64,000 nt of DNA from NCBI GenBank assembly GCA_903884005.1, contig CAISDA010000040.1:1539-65538 (forward strand), written 5' to 3'. A program made the translations under genes and the position numbers. Numbering within the stretch: the first letter of the stretch is position 1; the number at the start of each line of letters is the position of its first letter. This document shows positions 8,662 through 18,649 of the stretch, one piece after another. Origin of the DNA: an uncultured Ignavibacteriota bacterium. GTDB taxonomy: Bacteria > Bacteroidota > Ignavibacteria > UBA10030 > UBA8401. The notes beneath the pieces were generated by a model, which worked only from the letters and a program-made list of their open reading frames with translations, did no database searches and was not told where the DNA came from.

Positions 8662-9258
8662 ATGCCAAAACTCCCGGACACGATCATTTTAGCCTCACGG
8701 TCGCCGAGGCGGGCGCAGCTGCTGCGCCAGATCGGCGTCGCATTTGAAACATCGGTATGCGATATCGATGAACTCTTCGACCCCGCGATGACACCCGTAG
8801 AAAATGCGCGGGCGCTTTCCTATATGAAGGCGGCAGATGTCGCCAGCCGCTACAGGCGGGGTATCGTGCTCGGATCCGATACGATCGTCGTGCTGGACGG
8901 CATGCTGCTGGGAAAGCCCGTGTCGGAGGAGGATGCCCGGCGCATGCTGCGCACGCTCAGCGGCAGAACGCACACCGTCGTTACCGGATTTGCGCTTGTT
9001 GATGCGGAGTCAAAAAAATCATATATTGATTGCGAACAGACCGATGTTACATTCCGGTCGCTTGACGACGACGAGATCGCCGCATATGTTGCCGCAGGGT
9101 CGCCCATGGATAAAGCGGGGGCGTACGGCATCCAGGACGATTTCGGCGCCGTATTCGTCGAACGCATCGCGGGTGATTACTACACCGTGGTCGGCCTGCC
9201 ATTATCGAAAGTTTACTGTGCGTTACAGCAGTTCATGACATTACTACAAAAAGGATAA
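8662..9258 (+). CDS. maf: Maf-like nucleoside triphosphate pyrophosphatase
   Basis: N-terminus IILASRSPRRAQLL and overall Maf/Ham1 signature; 198 aa. Confidence 0.9.
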   Translation: MPKLPDTIILASRSPRRAQLLRQIGVAFETSVCDIDELFDPAMTPVENARALSYMKAADVASRYRRGIVLGSDTIVVLDGMLLGKPVSEEDARRMLRTLSGRTHTVVTGFALVDAESKKSYIDCEQTDVTFRSLDDDEIAAYVAAGSPMDKAGAYGIQDDFGAVFVERIAGDYYTVVGLPLSKVYCALQQFMTLLQKG

Positions 9259-9261
9259 GCA

Positions 9262-9663
9262 ATGGAGAAAAAAATTCGAATATTGATCGCGAAGGCCGGT
9301 TTGGACGGCCACGATCGCGGTGCGAAAGTGATCGCGGCGGCACTGCGCGATGCAGGCATGGAAGTGATTTATACCGGATTGCGCAAGTCTCCGGAAATGA
9401 TCGTTGAATCCGCGCTGCAGGAAGATGTGGACGGGATAGGGATCAGTTCTCTCAGCGGCGCCCATATGACCATCTTCCCGAAGGTTGTTGCGCTCATGAA
9501 GGAAAAGGGGATCAGCGACATCATTCTCTTCGGCGGGGGAATCATTCCTCAGGCGGACATTGACGCATTGAAGGCGCTCGGCGTGGGCGAATTATTCACG
9601 CCCGGCACGCCGACGCAAGCCATCGTCGAGTACCTCACGACGGCCTGCGGCGTCACCACGTAA
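9262..9663 (+). CDS. Stand-alone cobalamin (B12)-binding domain protein (methylmalonyl-CoA mutase C-terminal-domain-like)
   Basis: DxHxxG B12-binding motif ([11 protein letters not shown]), Rossmann-like fold, 133 aa. Confidence 0.8.
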   Translation: MEKKIRILIAKAGLDGHDRGAKVIAAALRDAGMEVIYTGLRKSPEMIVESALQEDVDGIGISSLSGAHMTIFPKVVALMKEKGISDIILFGGGIIPQADIDALKALGVGELFTPGTPTQAIVEYLTTACGVTT

Positions 9664-9821
9664 GCGCTTCGTTCCGGGGACTGCGCGATGTGCGCGTTCC
9701 CCGGAGCGTCTGCTCCATCCTGCAGTTCCTCCCCCCACCGAGTGTGCAATGCTTCAGCCGGTTCGCTTCTTCAGATTGGCAGGGAAGGACGGTCCGCGCG
9801 ACGCGGCGTTCTCTATATCCG

Positions 9822-12170
9822 TTATTGTGATTCGTCCAATTCAATGGGCGCATGGCCCGGGAGCGTTTCGGCCGGAGTGTCTGTGCGCGTGTTCCGGATG
9901 CGGATGCCCGACGCATCGAATCCGAACAGATCGTCGCTGGTAAAGATCTGCTGAAAGTCCTTCTCCGCAAAGAAGACGCGGAATTTATCCGAAAGCTCAT
10001 CGAGGCGTTTCAGGTAAAAGCCGGTGTTCTCGTCGGGAAAATTTTCGTCCCACAGGAATGCTTCCTTGACGTTCCTGAAGCCGGTGATCGAGGCGTCCTT
10101 TCCCGTGAAGTAATAGGCGACCCGTTCGCCGAGCCTCACGGGGCGTTTCGACTGAATGACCGCTTCATAGACCGCCGCCCGGTTGCGCCTTCCCGTCCTG
10201 ACTCCGTCTTCATAGTCTTCCAGCGTCTCTTTGATCGTGTCGGTCCGTGTAAAGTCTGCTGCAGTCATTTCGTGGAAACGGAGCGAGTGGACGAGCTCGA
10301 TATAAAACCGGTGCATGTCGCCGAATTGCTCATTCAACAAGCATTCGATGCACTGCCGGAGGAATACCCGCCCGAAGCGTTCGATATTCCTGGACAGGAG
10401 GGACGAGCCCTTGATCGTCACCTTGTTGCGGTGGTCGAGCAGCGCGTAGTTCTTTTTTTTGTAACTGAGCATCTTCGTATACCTGCCGCTGAATCCGAGC
10501 GTGATGCCGTCGGGAAGAAGTGATGAAAGCCGGCCGACGAACTCCCGTTCCGCATGGGTGCCCGCGACATTATCGGGCGGAATACAATAGAGCCCGTCTG
10601 TGTCCACCTCTATGACGGTGCCGTTGTTCAACGTGATATCGTGGATAAGCCGGCGCAGCAGTTCCTGGCCCGATGTGGTGACTTCATCGGCCCGGTCATA
10701 GTCGTTGAACAGCGCCCTTGAATATCCCAGGTATCCGTAAAATGAATTGATCAGCACTTTGAGCGATGACTGCAGCGCGTCGGTTTGCGCGAGCGCGGAT
10801 GCATCGGTCAGCGTCTGGAGTTCCCGTTTCGCCTCGAGCCGTTTCGTTGTGAGAAACCGGAGCGCGGTCGTGAACACATCCAGTGCATCGGTGGCGGGCC
10901 TGATGCCGCGGGTCAGCATGAGAGAGGGGTACAGGGAATCGACATCCGCGTGGACGATCGGCCCGAATACGCCGGTGGCGAAGATATCGGTGTAGCCGCC
11001 CGATGTCTGGAAGCCCTGCTGTGGCTTCGGAAGAGAATGGCGCTGGCGGATGTACGCACGCAGAAAGATCGCTTCGATCTTTGCGGCGGAGCCGAGTTTT
11101 GCCAGCGTTCCGAAATTGAACGGGAGCATCTGCGCCAGGTAGAAGGCCGACCCGAGCAGCGTGTCGCTGACGGCTCGCGTGTCTCTCGCATTCTCCGCCG
11201 CATGCCGGTGGAGAGCACCGGGATCGTGTTCCCACGACCAGGAGACCTTGTCGTCGGGAATGTACTCGCGTCCGGCTGCGGCAGCCCCGAAAAATTGCGC
11301 CGCGTAGTGCAGGCTGTAGCTCTCCATCGAGTGCCGGGATGCGTCGTACGACTGCAAGAGCAACCATGTGTCTATGATGTGCCGGCCGGCGATCTCGAAA
11401 CTCGTGTATTCCACGGTGGTCTCGGCAAACATTGTCCGTGTTGAATGCGTGGAGGGGACCGTTCCGTCGCGCCCCAGGGCGCATTCGATCGAGTGCAGTT
11501 CGCAGCGTTTCATGATGTAGGGCAGCACGGCCGAATAGCAATGATGCGCCTCGATGACGTCGGGATCCTTCTCGCGGACGAGTGCGATGAATTCGGCAAG
11601 GAGTTTTTGTTCGCCGCCGCGCCTGTTTCCCAGCACCTTCTCCCAACCGCGGTTGTCCGACAGCGCGATCACGACGATGCTGTCGTCGAGGCGCTCGGCA
11701 TTGCTCGTGCGGTGCGCCTTCGAGTACGTCTCGATGTCGATCTGCATGCGGTACAGGTCGCCGGCCTCCATCCCCTTGAAGAGCGTCTTGCCCGACTGGA
11801 GCAGGTATTGCGTCGTCATGTCCGGACGGAAGAATATGTGTTCCGTGTCCAGGTACGATGTGACAGGCGTTTGGTAATATGCGCTGATTTTGCGCAGGGC
11901 GAATTGCACCGCTTCCCACGCATCGAAGGAGGATTGAAACGCGCACAGGTACTGATAAAAATTCGTGCCGTCGAGTTTCTTCAGCCAGAATTTTTTGGGA
12001 AAGCCGTCCATGAACCGCGAATCGGACAGGTGGAAGAAGGGGAAAAATTCGACATCACTCGATTCCACGGCGGCGCTTGTCCGCTTGTACACGCGGATCG
12101 ACGAGCCTCCCACCGGGTGGAGAGCGACGATGTGTGTCTCATCGTTATGTCCGAAGAGCAGTGAATCCAT
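9822..12170 (-). CDS. polB: Family B DNA polymerase (E. coli Pol II-like)
   Basis: Exo I DIETYS; motif A DVDSLYPSLM; motif B KVLINSFYGYLG; motif C VIEVDTDGLY; KKRY-like SYKKKNYALL. Length 782 aa (E. coli Pol II is 783 aa) with co-linear DPDVI and LGRD regions. Confidence 0.85.
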   Translation of the reverse strand: MDSLLFGHNDETHIVALHPVGGSSIRVYKRTSAAVESSDVEFFPFFHLSDSRFMDGFPKKFWLKKLDGTNFYQYLCAFQSSFDAWEAVQFALRKISAYYQTPVTSYLDTEHIFFRPDMTTQYLLQSGKTLFKGMEAGDLYRMQIDIETYSKAHRTSNAERLDDSIVVIALSDNRGWEKVLGNRRGGEQKLLAEFIALVREKDPDVIEAHHCYSAVLPYIMKRCELHSIECALGRDGTVPSTHSTRTMFAETTVEYTSFEIAGRHIIDTWLLLQSYDASRHSMESYSLHYAAQFFGAAAAGREYIPDDKVSWSWEHDPGALHRHAAENARDTRAVSDTLLGSAFYLAQMLPFNFGTLAKLGSAAKIEAIFLRAYIRQRHSLPKPQQGFQTSGGYTDIFATGVFGPIVHADVDSLYPSLMLTRGIRPATDALDVFTTALRFLTTKRLEAKRELQTLTDASALAQTDALQSSLKVLINSFYGYLGYSRALFNDYDRADEVTTSGQELLRRLIHDITLNNGTVIEVDTDGLYCIPPDNVAGTHAEREFVGRLSSLLPDGITLGFSGRYTKMLSYKKKNYALLDHRNKVTIKGSSLLSRNIERFGRVFLRQCIECLLNEQFGDMHRFYIELVHSLRFHEMTAADFTRTDTIKETLEDYEDGVRTGRRNRAAVYEAVIQSKRPVRLGERVAYYFTGKDASITGFRNVKEAFLWDENFPDENTGFYLKRLDELSDKFRVFFAEKDFQQIFTSDDLFGFDASGIRIRNTRTDTPAETLPGHAPIELDESQ

Positions 12171-12359
12171 GCACTAATATATACGCCAGCGGGATAAAAG
12201 CAAAAAATAATGAAGGGGAACGACATCGTATCGTGCGGCCTGCCTCAGCCGCTTTGCTCCGAAGGAAATGACAGTGAATGAGAACTGATCGCTTGTGGCC
12301 GGGCGGTTTAAAACACAACACGTCCGGAGCGTTGCCCGGACGTGTTGTGACATGTACAG

Positions 12360-12446
12360 CGGAGAGGGTGGGATTCGAACCCACGGAACGCTTTCACGTT
12401 CACACACTTTCCAGGCGTGCCAGTTCAACCACTCCTGCACCTCTCC
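12360..12446 (-). tRNA. tRNA-Ser (anticodon GGA), class II
   Basis: On the minus strand the sequence reads GGAGAGG...CCTCTCC+G. Anticodon arm is CACGC-CTGGAAA-GTGTG, with a long variable arm and T-arm CGTGG-GTTCGAAT-CCCAC. Confidence 0.85.
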
Positions 12447-12491
12447 GGGATAAAACGGATGTGTGTACACCTGCCTTGCTTTATTTCCTAG

Positions 12492-12578
12492 CGGAGAGGG
12501 AGAGATTCGAACTCTCGATACCCTTACGAGTACACTAGTTTTCGAGACTAGCTCTTTCAACCACTCAGACACCTCTCC
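12492..12578 (-). tRNA. tRNA-Ser (anticodon CGA), class II
   Basis: Minus-strand sequence GGAGAGGTGTCTGAGTGGTTGAAAGAGCTAGTCTCGAAAACTAG...GAGAGTTCGAATCTCTCCCTCTCCG; anticodon loop CTCGAAA. Confidence 0.85.
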
Positions 12579-12755
12579 GTGGTATCCCGTTGAACGTCTT
12601 TCCTCGACGGGGAATTTTAATTTACACAATCTTGATAAATAATGCAATAGGAGGCGCGCACATTTCGCCGAGTTAACCGTCTTCCCGGCGCATGCGCACG
12701 ATTCGGGGGAGAGATCGCCAATCCCCATAAAAGACCGTCATTGTGAATTATTTAG

Positions 12756-12784
12756 TTGCGGTTGCGGATTAACTTCGCTATATT
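12756..12784 (+). promoter_or_regulatory. Candidate promoter for the rimP-nusA-infB operon (TTGCGG-N17-TATATT)
   Basis: -35-like TTGCGG at 12756-12761, 17-nt spacer, TATATT at 12779-12784. A leader hairpin follows immediately downstream. Confidence 0.3.
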
Positions 12785-12798
12785 TAAATCGTTGATGA

Positions 12799-12827
12799 GG
12801 TCCCGCCGGTTGCGGGACTTTTTTTTG
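12799..12827 (+). terminator. Intrinsic-terminator-like hairpin plus U8 in the rimP leader (probable attenuator)
   Basis: ggtcccgcCGGTtgcgggac followed by TTTTTTTT, 14 nt before the rimP ATG. There is no co-directional gene upstream; the tRNA-Ser genes and polB are on the minus strand. Confidence 0.55.
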
Positions 12828-12840
12828 GGCATTACTTATT

Positions 12841-13311
12841 ATGACGCAAATACTTCAAAAAATAGAAGAAATCGCAGTGCCGATCATCGAGCGGCACGGG
12901 GCGTTTCTCGCCGAGCTCGTGCTGCGGGGGGAACTTCGCAGCAAGGTTGTGGAAGTCTACGTCGACACCGATGCCGGCATCACGATCGATACCTGCACCT
13001 CGATCAGCCGCGAACTCTCCGAGGCGCTCGATGCGCAGGAGATCATCATGGGCGCGTACAGGCTCGATGTCTCCTCGCCGGATCTCGGCAGACCGATCCA
13101 CGTGCTGCGTCAGTACAAGAAAAACATCGGCCGGATGCTCTCTGTCACCTTCATCGAAGAGGGAACACCGCAGACCGTCGACGGGGAGGCTGAAGCAGCG
13201 GATGACGCCGGCCTCACGCTGCGTACGAGCGGTACGGCCGTCCGGACAATTCCCATGGCTGCGATCACCAAAGCATTTATCGTCCCTCAATTGAAAAAAA
13301 AAAGTAAGTAG
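12841..13311 (+). CDS. rimP: Ribosome maturation factor RimP
   Basis: RimP/YlxS family sequence and the conserved position before nusA. Confidence 0.9.
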   Translation: MTQILQKIEEIAVPIIERHGAFLAELVLRGELRSKVVEVYVDTDAGITIDTCTSISRELSEALDAQEIIMGAYRLDVSSPDLGRPIHVLRQYKKNIGRMLSVTFIEEGTPQTVDGEAEAADDAGLTLRTSGTAVRTIPMAAITKAFIVPQLKKKSK

Positions 13312-13340
13312 ATCACCATTTATATTTTTGGAGTGCTGCA

Positions 13341-14627
13341 ATGAATCATGAAATAGTCGAATCTTTTTCCGGACTCGTGCGTGAAAAGAGCATAGATAAA
13401 GATATTCTCGCAGGTATCGTGGAAGATATCTTCGGTATGATGGTCCGCAAGAAATTCGGCCCGACCGCCAAATTTGATGTTGTCGTCAACATGGATAAAG
13501 GCGACATTGAAATTTATCTCGAGCGCGAAGTCGTCGAAGTGGTCGAAGACCCCGTGCGGCAGATCGATCCGGCGACGGTGAAAAAGATCTCCGGCGAAGA
13601 CATGGACATCGGCGAAGACTATGTTGAAATTCTGCCGCTGGAAGATTTCGGGCGCAGGCTCATCACGACGGCGAAACAGAACTTCACGCAGCGCGTGAAG
13701 GAAATAGAAAAGGAACTGGTCTTCAACGAGTACAACAACTCGCTCGGAGAGATCATCGTGGACGAGGTCTACCAGATCCGCAACAACGACATCATGGTGA
13801 TGCACAACAAGACGGAACTGCTCCTGCCCAAGAGCGAACAGATATTCAAAGAGCGGTATAAAAAGGGCGACACGGTCCGCGCGATCGTGAAGGAAGTGCG
13901 CAAGAACGCGACAAACCCGACGGTGATCATTTCCCGTTCGGCTCCGCAGTTTTTGGAGCGCCTCTTCGAAATTGAAATTCCCGAGATCTACGACGGCATC
14001 ATCGAGATCAAGTGCATTGCACGCGAACCGGGCGAGCGGGCAAAGGTGGCGGTCGAGTCGCACGATGACCGCATCGATGCCGTCGGCGCCTGCGTCGGCA
14101 TGAAAGGCGTCCGCATTCATGCGATCGTCCGCGAATTGAACAATGAGAACATCGACGTCATCAATTACAGCGACGAACCGGCAGTGTTCATTCAGCGCGC
14201 CCTTGCGCCGGCGAAGCTTAAAAGCATACAAATTGACCATGACACCAAGAAAGCAACCGTGCTGGTGGACGAAGATCAGGTATCGCTGGCGATCGGCAAA
14301 GGCGGTCAGAACATACGACTGGCCAGCAAGCTGAGCGGGTACGACCTGCAATTGGTGAAGGAAAGCAGCGAATACGACATCGATCTCGAAGAATTCAAGG
14401 AAGAGATCGGCGACGAAATCCTCGCGAAGTTCACCGAGAACGGCTATTCGACGGCCAAAGCGGTGATCGATGCGTCCGTTGCCGAACTGGTGCGCACGCT
14501 GGATCTTCCGCAGGAAAAAGTTGAAGAGATTGTAACGTTGATTAAGACAGAGTTTGAAGAAGCCGAAGAAGAAGACGACGACGAATCCTCCGAGCAGGAA
14601 GAAGAGGAGACGAGCCAGCCATCGTAA
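13341..14627 (+). CDS. nusA: Transcription termination/antitermination factor NusA
   Basis: NusA N-terminal domain plus S1 and KH domains, with an acidic C-terminal tail. Confidence 0.95.
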   Translation: MNHEIVESFSGLVREKSIDKDILAGIVEDIFGMMVRKKFGPTAKFDVVVNMDKGDIEIYLEREVVEVVEDPVRQIDPATVKKISGEDMDIGEDYVEILPLEDFGRRLITTAKQNFTQRVKEIEKELVFNEYNNSLGEIIVDEVYQIRNNDIMVMHNKTELLLPKSEQIFKERYKKGDTVRAIVKEVRKNATNPTVIISRSAPQFLERLFEIEIPEIYDGIIEIKCIAREPGERAKVAVESHDDRIDAVGACVGMKGVRIHAIVRELNNENIDVINYSDEPAVFIQRALAPAKLKSIQIDHDTKKATVLVDEDQVSLAIGKGGQNIRLASKLSGYDLQLVKESSEYDIDLEEFKEEIGDEILAKFTENGYSTAKAVIDASVAELVRTLDLPQEKVEEIVTLIKTEFEEAEEEDDDESSEQEEEETSQPS

Positions 14628-14696
14628 TGTAACGGAATCGTCCGGCCGTCTGTGATCTAACGCTGTTTCGCACGACACTTAACTCAAAGGAATGCA

Positions 14697-17483
14697 ATGC
14701 CTGAGGCAATTGAGAAAAAAATCAAGTTGTACAAGCTCGCAACCGAACTGAACCTCGCCAGCGATACCCTCATCGAATTCTTGATGAAGAAAGGGTACAA
14801 GATAAAGAATCACATGTCGCCGATCGAAGACGACATGTTGAAGGATATCATGTCCCACTTCAAAAAAGAGAAGGAAGTCGCCGATAAGTTTCAAAAGAAA
14901 CTGACAGAGATCAAGGAAACGCGGCGCCGTGCGACTGAAGCAAAAAAAACGGAAGTCCTTCCGGCGGAAGTCGTGTCGAAAGCCGTGTCCGCACCGGGTG
15001 AGCAGGAACCTGAAACAGCAGAGCATCCTTTGGCGGAGACCTCAGGGGCCATCGCTGCGGAACCTTCTGAAGAGACCGTTGAAGCTGGCTCGAACGTCGA
15101 GACTTCCGAACCCATGGCGGCTCGGGAGCCGTCGGAAGCGGCTCCCGATACACACACGCCCGCCGAGAAGCCATCAGAGGCGCATGCTCCGGCGAAAGCA
15201 CATGTTCCTGACACTTCCGCCAAGCCGCATGCGGAAGCGGGTCCCGTGGTTGGACAGCCGGGAGCACCGGTGAAAGCCGCTGAAGGCAGGATCGGAATCG
15301 AGACGAAGGATTTCCGGACACGCACTCCTGAAAAAGGCAAAAAATTCGGCCTGACGATCAAAGGCAAGATGGATCTTACCAAGCCCGCAGCCAAACCTGC
15401 CCCAGGAAAGAAAGCAGAACTGTTAGCCGCCGAAGAGGAGGCGAAGAAGAAGAAGAAGAAAAAGAAGAAAGTAAAGGACGAGAAGCCGAAAGTGAAGACC
15501 GCCATCGAGATCGAGGCGGAAGCGGCGGCATCGAAGAAGAAAAAGAAGAAAAAGAAGCTCCGTCACCACGAAGTGAACGATGTGCAGGTGAACGAAGCCA
15601 TCAAGCGCACGCTCGCCGAGATGGAAGAATCGGGCGCCGTCAGCACGCGCGCCGTGCACAGGAAGAAGAAGAAAGAGAAGCGCGAAGAGCAGGAAGCGCT
15701 CGCCAAAGAAGCGGCATTGATTGAAGCAGGCATTCTGCGCGTTACGGAATTTGTGACCGTGGGAGAGCTCGCAAACCTCATGAAGGTCTCGGTTGCCGAG
15801 ATCATTCAAAAGTGCATCGGCCTCGGCATGATGGTGTCCATCAACCAGCGCCTGGACAAGGACACGATCGTTCTTGTGGCCGACGAGTACGGCTATGCCG
15901 TCGAGTTCCAGGATGAATTCACGGTCGACGTTCTTGAGGATACACCCGACGCGCCCGATCTGCTGAAACCCCGCGCACCGGTGGTGACCATCATGGGCCA
16001 TGTCGATCACGGCAAAACTTCGCTCCTTGATTATATCCGCCGCACGAACGTCGTGGCGGGCGAATCGGGCGGTATCACGCAGCACATCGGTGCGTACGAA
16101 GTGACGACCGAAAAAGGGAAACACATTACGTTCCTCGATACGCCGGGCCATGAAGCGTTCACGGCCATGCGCGCGCGCGGTGCGCAGTTGACGGACATCG
16201 TCGTCCTCGTCGTTGCTGCGGAAGACAACGTCATGCCTCAGACACTCGAGGCCATCAGCCATGCTAAGGCGGCCGGCGTGCCGATCATCATCGCGATGAA
16301 CAAGATCGATAAGCCCGAAGCGAACCCGGACCGCATACGCCAGCAATTGGCGGATAAGGACGTGCTCGTGGAAGAATGGGGCGGCAAGTATCAGTCGGTG
16401 GAAGTGTCCGCGCGAAACGGAAAAAACGTCGACCTCCTGCTGGAAAAAATATTATTGGAAGCAGAAGTGCTGGACACGCGGGCCAATCCCGACCGTCTTG
16501 CGCGCGGCGCCGTGGTTGAAGCGCAGCTCGACAAGGGCAAGGGTATTCTCGCGACCATCCTTATTCAAAAAGGAACGCTGAAGATCGGCGATTCCTTCCT
16601 TGCCGGCATCTACAGCGGCAAAGTGAGGGCGATGTACGACGAACGCGGCAACCGCCTCGAATCGGCGGGACCCTCGGTGCCCGTGCAGCTCCTGGGCTTC
16701 GACGGCATTCCGCAGGCGGGCGATCAATTCATCGCAATGGTCACAGACCGCCAGGCGCGCGAGATCAGTTTGAAACGTCAGCAGCTCAAGCGCGAACAGG
16801 ATTTCAGGCAGATACGGTTCGTTACGCTGGACGACATCTCGGAACAGATCCAGGCAGGCAAGAAGATACAGGAATTGTCCATCATCGTCAAAGGCGACGT
16901 GGACGGCTCGGTCGAAGCGTTGTCCGATTCACTCTTGAAACTCTCGACCGAAGAGGTCAAGATCCGCGTGATCCACAAGGGCGTCGGCGCCATCTCGGAA
17001 ACCGACGTGCTGCTGGCTGCGGCATCGAATGCGATCATTGTCGGCTTCCAGGTTCGTCCGAACCTGAATGCGCGGCGCCTGGCGGAGAAGGAAAAAGTCG
17101 ACCTGCGCCTCTACAACATCATCTACAATGCGATCAACGAACTGAAAGACGCGCTCGAAGGCATGCTCGCTCCTGCATTGTCCGAAGAGATCACGGCAAC
17201 GGTCGAGGTCCGCGACATCTTCAAGGTGCCGAAGATCGGCACTATCGCCGGCTGCTATGTCACCGACGGCAAGATCATCCGCAACAATCGGGTGCGCGTC
17301 GTACGCGACGGCATTCCGGTCTTTGAGGGCGGCATCGGTTCGTTGAAGCGTTTCAAGGAAGATGTGAAGGAAGTTGAAACGGGATTTGAATGCGGCATCG
17401 GCCTCGATAATTTCAACGATGTGAAAGCGGGCGATATCATCGAAGCGTTCAAAACAGTGGAAACAAAACGGAAACTGATCTAA
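14697..17483 (+). CDS. infB: Translation initiation factor IF-2
   Basis: GTP-binding domain ([24 protein letters not shown]) and C-terminal beta-barrels. The N-terminal region has poly-Lys tracts (KKKKKKKK). Confidence 0.95.
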   Translation: MPEAIEKKIKLYKLATELNLASDTLIEFLMKKGYKIKNHMSPIEDDMLKDIMSHFKKEKEVADKFQKKLTEIKETRRRATEAKKTEVLPAEVVSKAVSAPGEQEPETAEHPLAETSGAIAAEPSEETVEAGSNVETSEPMAAREPSEAAPDTHTPAEKPSEAHAPAKAHVPDTSAKPHAEAGPVVGQPGAPVKAAEGRIGIETKDFRTRTPEKGKKFGLTIKGKMDLTKPAAKPAPGKKAELLAAEEEAKKKKKKKKKVKDEKPKVKTAIEIEAEAAASKKKKKKKKLRHHEVNDVQVNEAIKRTLAEMEESGAVSTRAVHRKKKKEKREEQEALAKEAALIEAGILRVTEFVTVGELANLMKVSVAEIIQKCIGLGMMVSINQRLDKDTIVLVADEYGYAVEFQDEFTVDVLEDTPDAPDLLKPRAPVVTIMGHVDHGKTSLLDYIRRTNVVAGESGGITQHIGAYEVTTEKGKHITFLDTPGHEAFTAMRARGAQLTDIVVLVVAAEDNVMPQTLEAISHAKAAGVPIIIAMNKIDKPEANPDRIRQQLADKDVLVEEWGGKYQSVEVSARNGKNVDLLLEKILLEAEVLDTRANPDRLARGAVVEAQLDKGKGILATILIQKGTLKIGDSFLAGIYSGKVRAMYDERGNRLESAGPSVPVQLLGFDGIPQAGDQFIAMVTDRQAREISLKRQQLKREQDFRQIRFVTLDDISEQIQAGKKIQELSIIVKGDVDGSVEALSDSLLKLSTEEVKIRVIHKGVGAISETDVLLAAASNAIIVGFQVRPNLNARRLAEKEKVDLRLYNIIYNAINELKDALEGMLAPALSEEITATVEVRDIFKVPKIGTIAGCYVTDGKIIRNNRVRVVRDGIPVFEGGIGSLKRFKEDVKEVETGFECGIGLDNFNDVKAGDIIEAFKTVETKRKLI

Positions 17484-17534
17484 CACAGTGCGATCGTCAC
17501 CTGCGGCCTTTGCTGCGCCGGGGGGTGGGATTGC

Positions 17535-17939
17535 ATGAGCAGAAGAGGAGTGATAGTCGTGGGGTTGCGAATAGAGAAAGTAGCATCGATGCTGCACCGT
17601 GAACTCGGGGCGATCATTTCCACCGAGTGCTCCGGCGGCGGTTTCGGGTTCACCACGGTGACCGAGGTTCGCATGACGCCGGATCTGCGGCTGGCAAAAG
17701 TATACGTCAGCATCTTCGGCGACGCAAAGGCCAGGGAAAAAACCCTGAAGCACCTTGAGTCGCGAAAGAAAGAGATCCGTCATGAGATGGCACACCGCGT
17801 GTCCATGAAATATGTGCCCGCGCTGCAGTTCTATCATGATGCGACGCTCGATAACGTGATGCATCTCGAACAACTGATCAAAGAAATTCACAAGGATGAC
17901 CCGGTGAAGCCGGCAGAGGAAGAAACAGAACACGAATGA
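17535..17939 (+). CDS. rbfA: Ribosome-binding factor A
   Basis: RbfA family, conserved position after infB. The exact start is uncertain. Confidence 0.85.
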   Translation: MSRRGVIVVGLRIEKVASMLHRELGAIISTECSGGGFGFTTVTEVRMTPDLRLAKVYVSIFGDAKAREKTLKHLESRKKEIRHEMAHRVSMKYVPALQFYHDATLDNVMHLEQLIKEIHKDDPVKPAEEETEHE

Positions 17940-18646
17940 TCGAGACGGCAGTAATGAAAACGACACTCGATTTTCACGAGGGCGAAATCCTGTTCATAGA
18001 CAAGCCTGCAAAATGGACGTCCTTCGACGTGGTGAGCCGCGTGCGCGGAACGTTCCGCGTGAAAAAAGTGGGACATGCGGGCACGCTCGATCCGAATGCA
18101 ACGGGACTGCTGATCATTTGCACGGGAAAAAAAACCAAGATCATCGACGAGTTTTCGGGATTGGACAAGGAATATGTTGCGACCATGGAACTGGGCGCGC
18201 GCACGGCCAGCTTCGACGGCGAGACGGAGGTGATCGAGCAGAAGGACGTTGCTCATCTCACGGACGAGGCGATACGGGCGGCTCTCGCGGGATTTCTCGG
18301 AACGCAGCAGCAAGTGGCGCCCATGTATTCGGCGGTGAAGCATCTCGGCAAGCCGCTTTATAAGTATGCACGAAAGGGCCGGGAGGTCGAACGGAGGCCG
18401 AGGGAGGTCACCGTGTCGGAACTCGAGGTCGTTTCGATCGCTCTGCCGCTGGTGACGTTCCGGATCGTTTGTTCAAAGGGGACCTATATCCGCTCCATCG
18501 CCGACGAATGCGGCATGCGACTGGGATGCGGTGCGTACCTCAAGGAACTGCGTCGAACGCGTATCGGCGAGCATCATGTGCGCGATGCGATCGGCGTCGA
18601 ACAGCTCCATACGTTAGAGGCCAAAATCATGAAGAGCGTCGAATAA
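17936..18646 (+). CDS. truB: tRNA pseudouridine(55) synthase TruB
   Basis: TruB catalytic motif (GHAGTLDPNATGLL); ATGA overlap with the rbfA stop. Confidence 0.95.
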   Translation: MIETAVMKTTLDFHEGEILFIDKPAKWTSFDVVSRVRGTFRVKKVGHAGTLDPNATGLLIICTGKKTKIIDEFSGLDKEYVATMELGARTASFDGETEVIEQKDVAHLTDEAIRAALAGFLGTQQQVAPMYSAVKHLGKPLYKYARKGREVERRPREVTVSELEVVSIALPLVTFRIVCSKGTYIRSIADECGMRLGCGAYLKELRRTRIGEHHVRDAIGVEQLHTLEAKIMKSVE

Positions 18647-18649
18647 GCC

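Noticed and set aside
10696-11946. 416-aa ORF on the same strand as polB but in another frame (and several other long antisense or alternate-frame ORFs, e.g. 13320-14678, 15423-16346, 16929-17966, 21355-22512, 40928-42457, 44479-46200, 46200-46985)
   Set aside because: These are high-GC artefacts. They overlap well-supported conserved genes entirely and their translations are low-complexity Arg/Ala/Gly/Asp-rich with no recognisable domains.
9664-12600. polB as part of a tRNA-integrated mobile element or defence island
   Set aside because: No integrase, att-like direct repeats, phage genes or defence genes were seen. polB is flanked by ordinary genes, so it is reported only as an unusual stand-alone gene.
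12174-12728. 184-aa ORF spanning both tRNA-Ser genes
   Set aside because: It reads through two structurally convincing tRNAs, so it is spurious.
12579-12840. Initiator tRNA upstream of rimP (as E. coli metY)
   Set aside because: No cloverleaf could be built. The ggttgcgggac segment is part of a simple terminator hairpin, not a T-arm.
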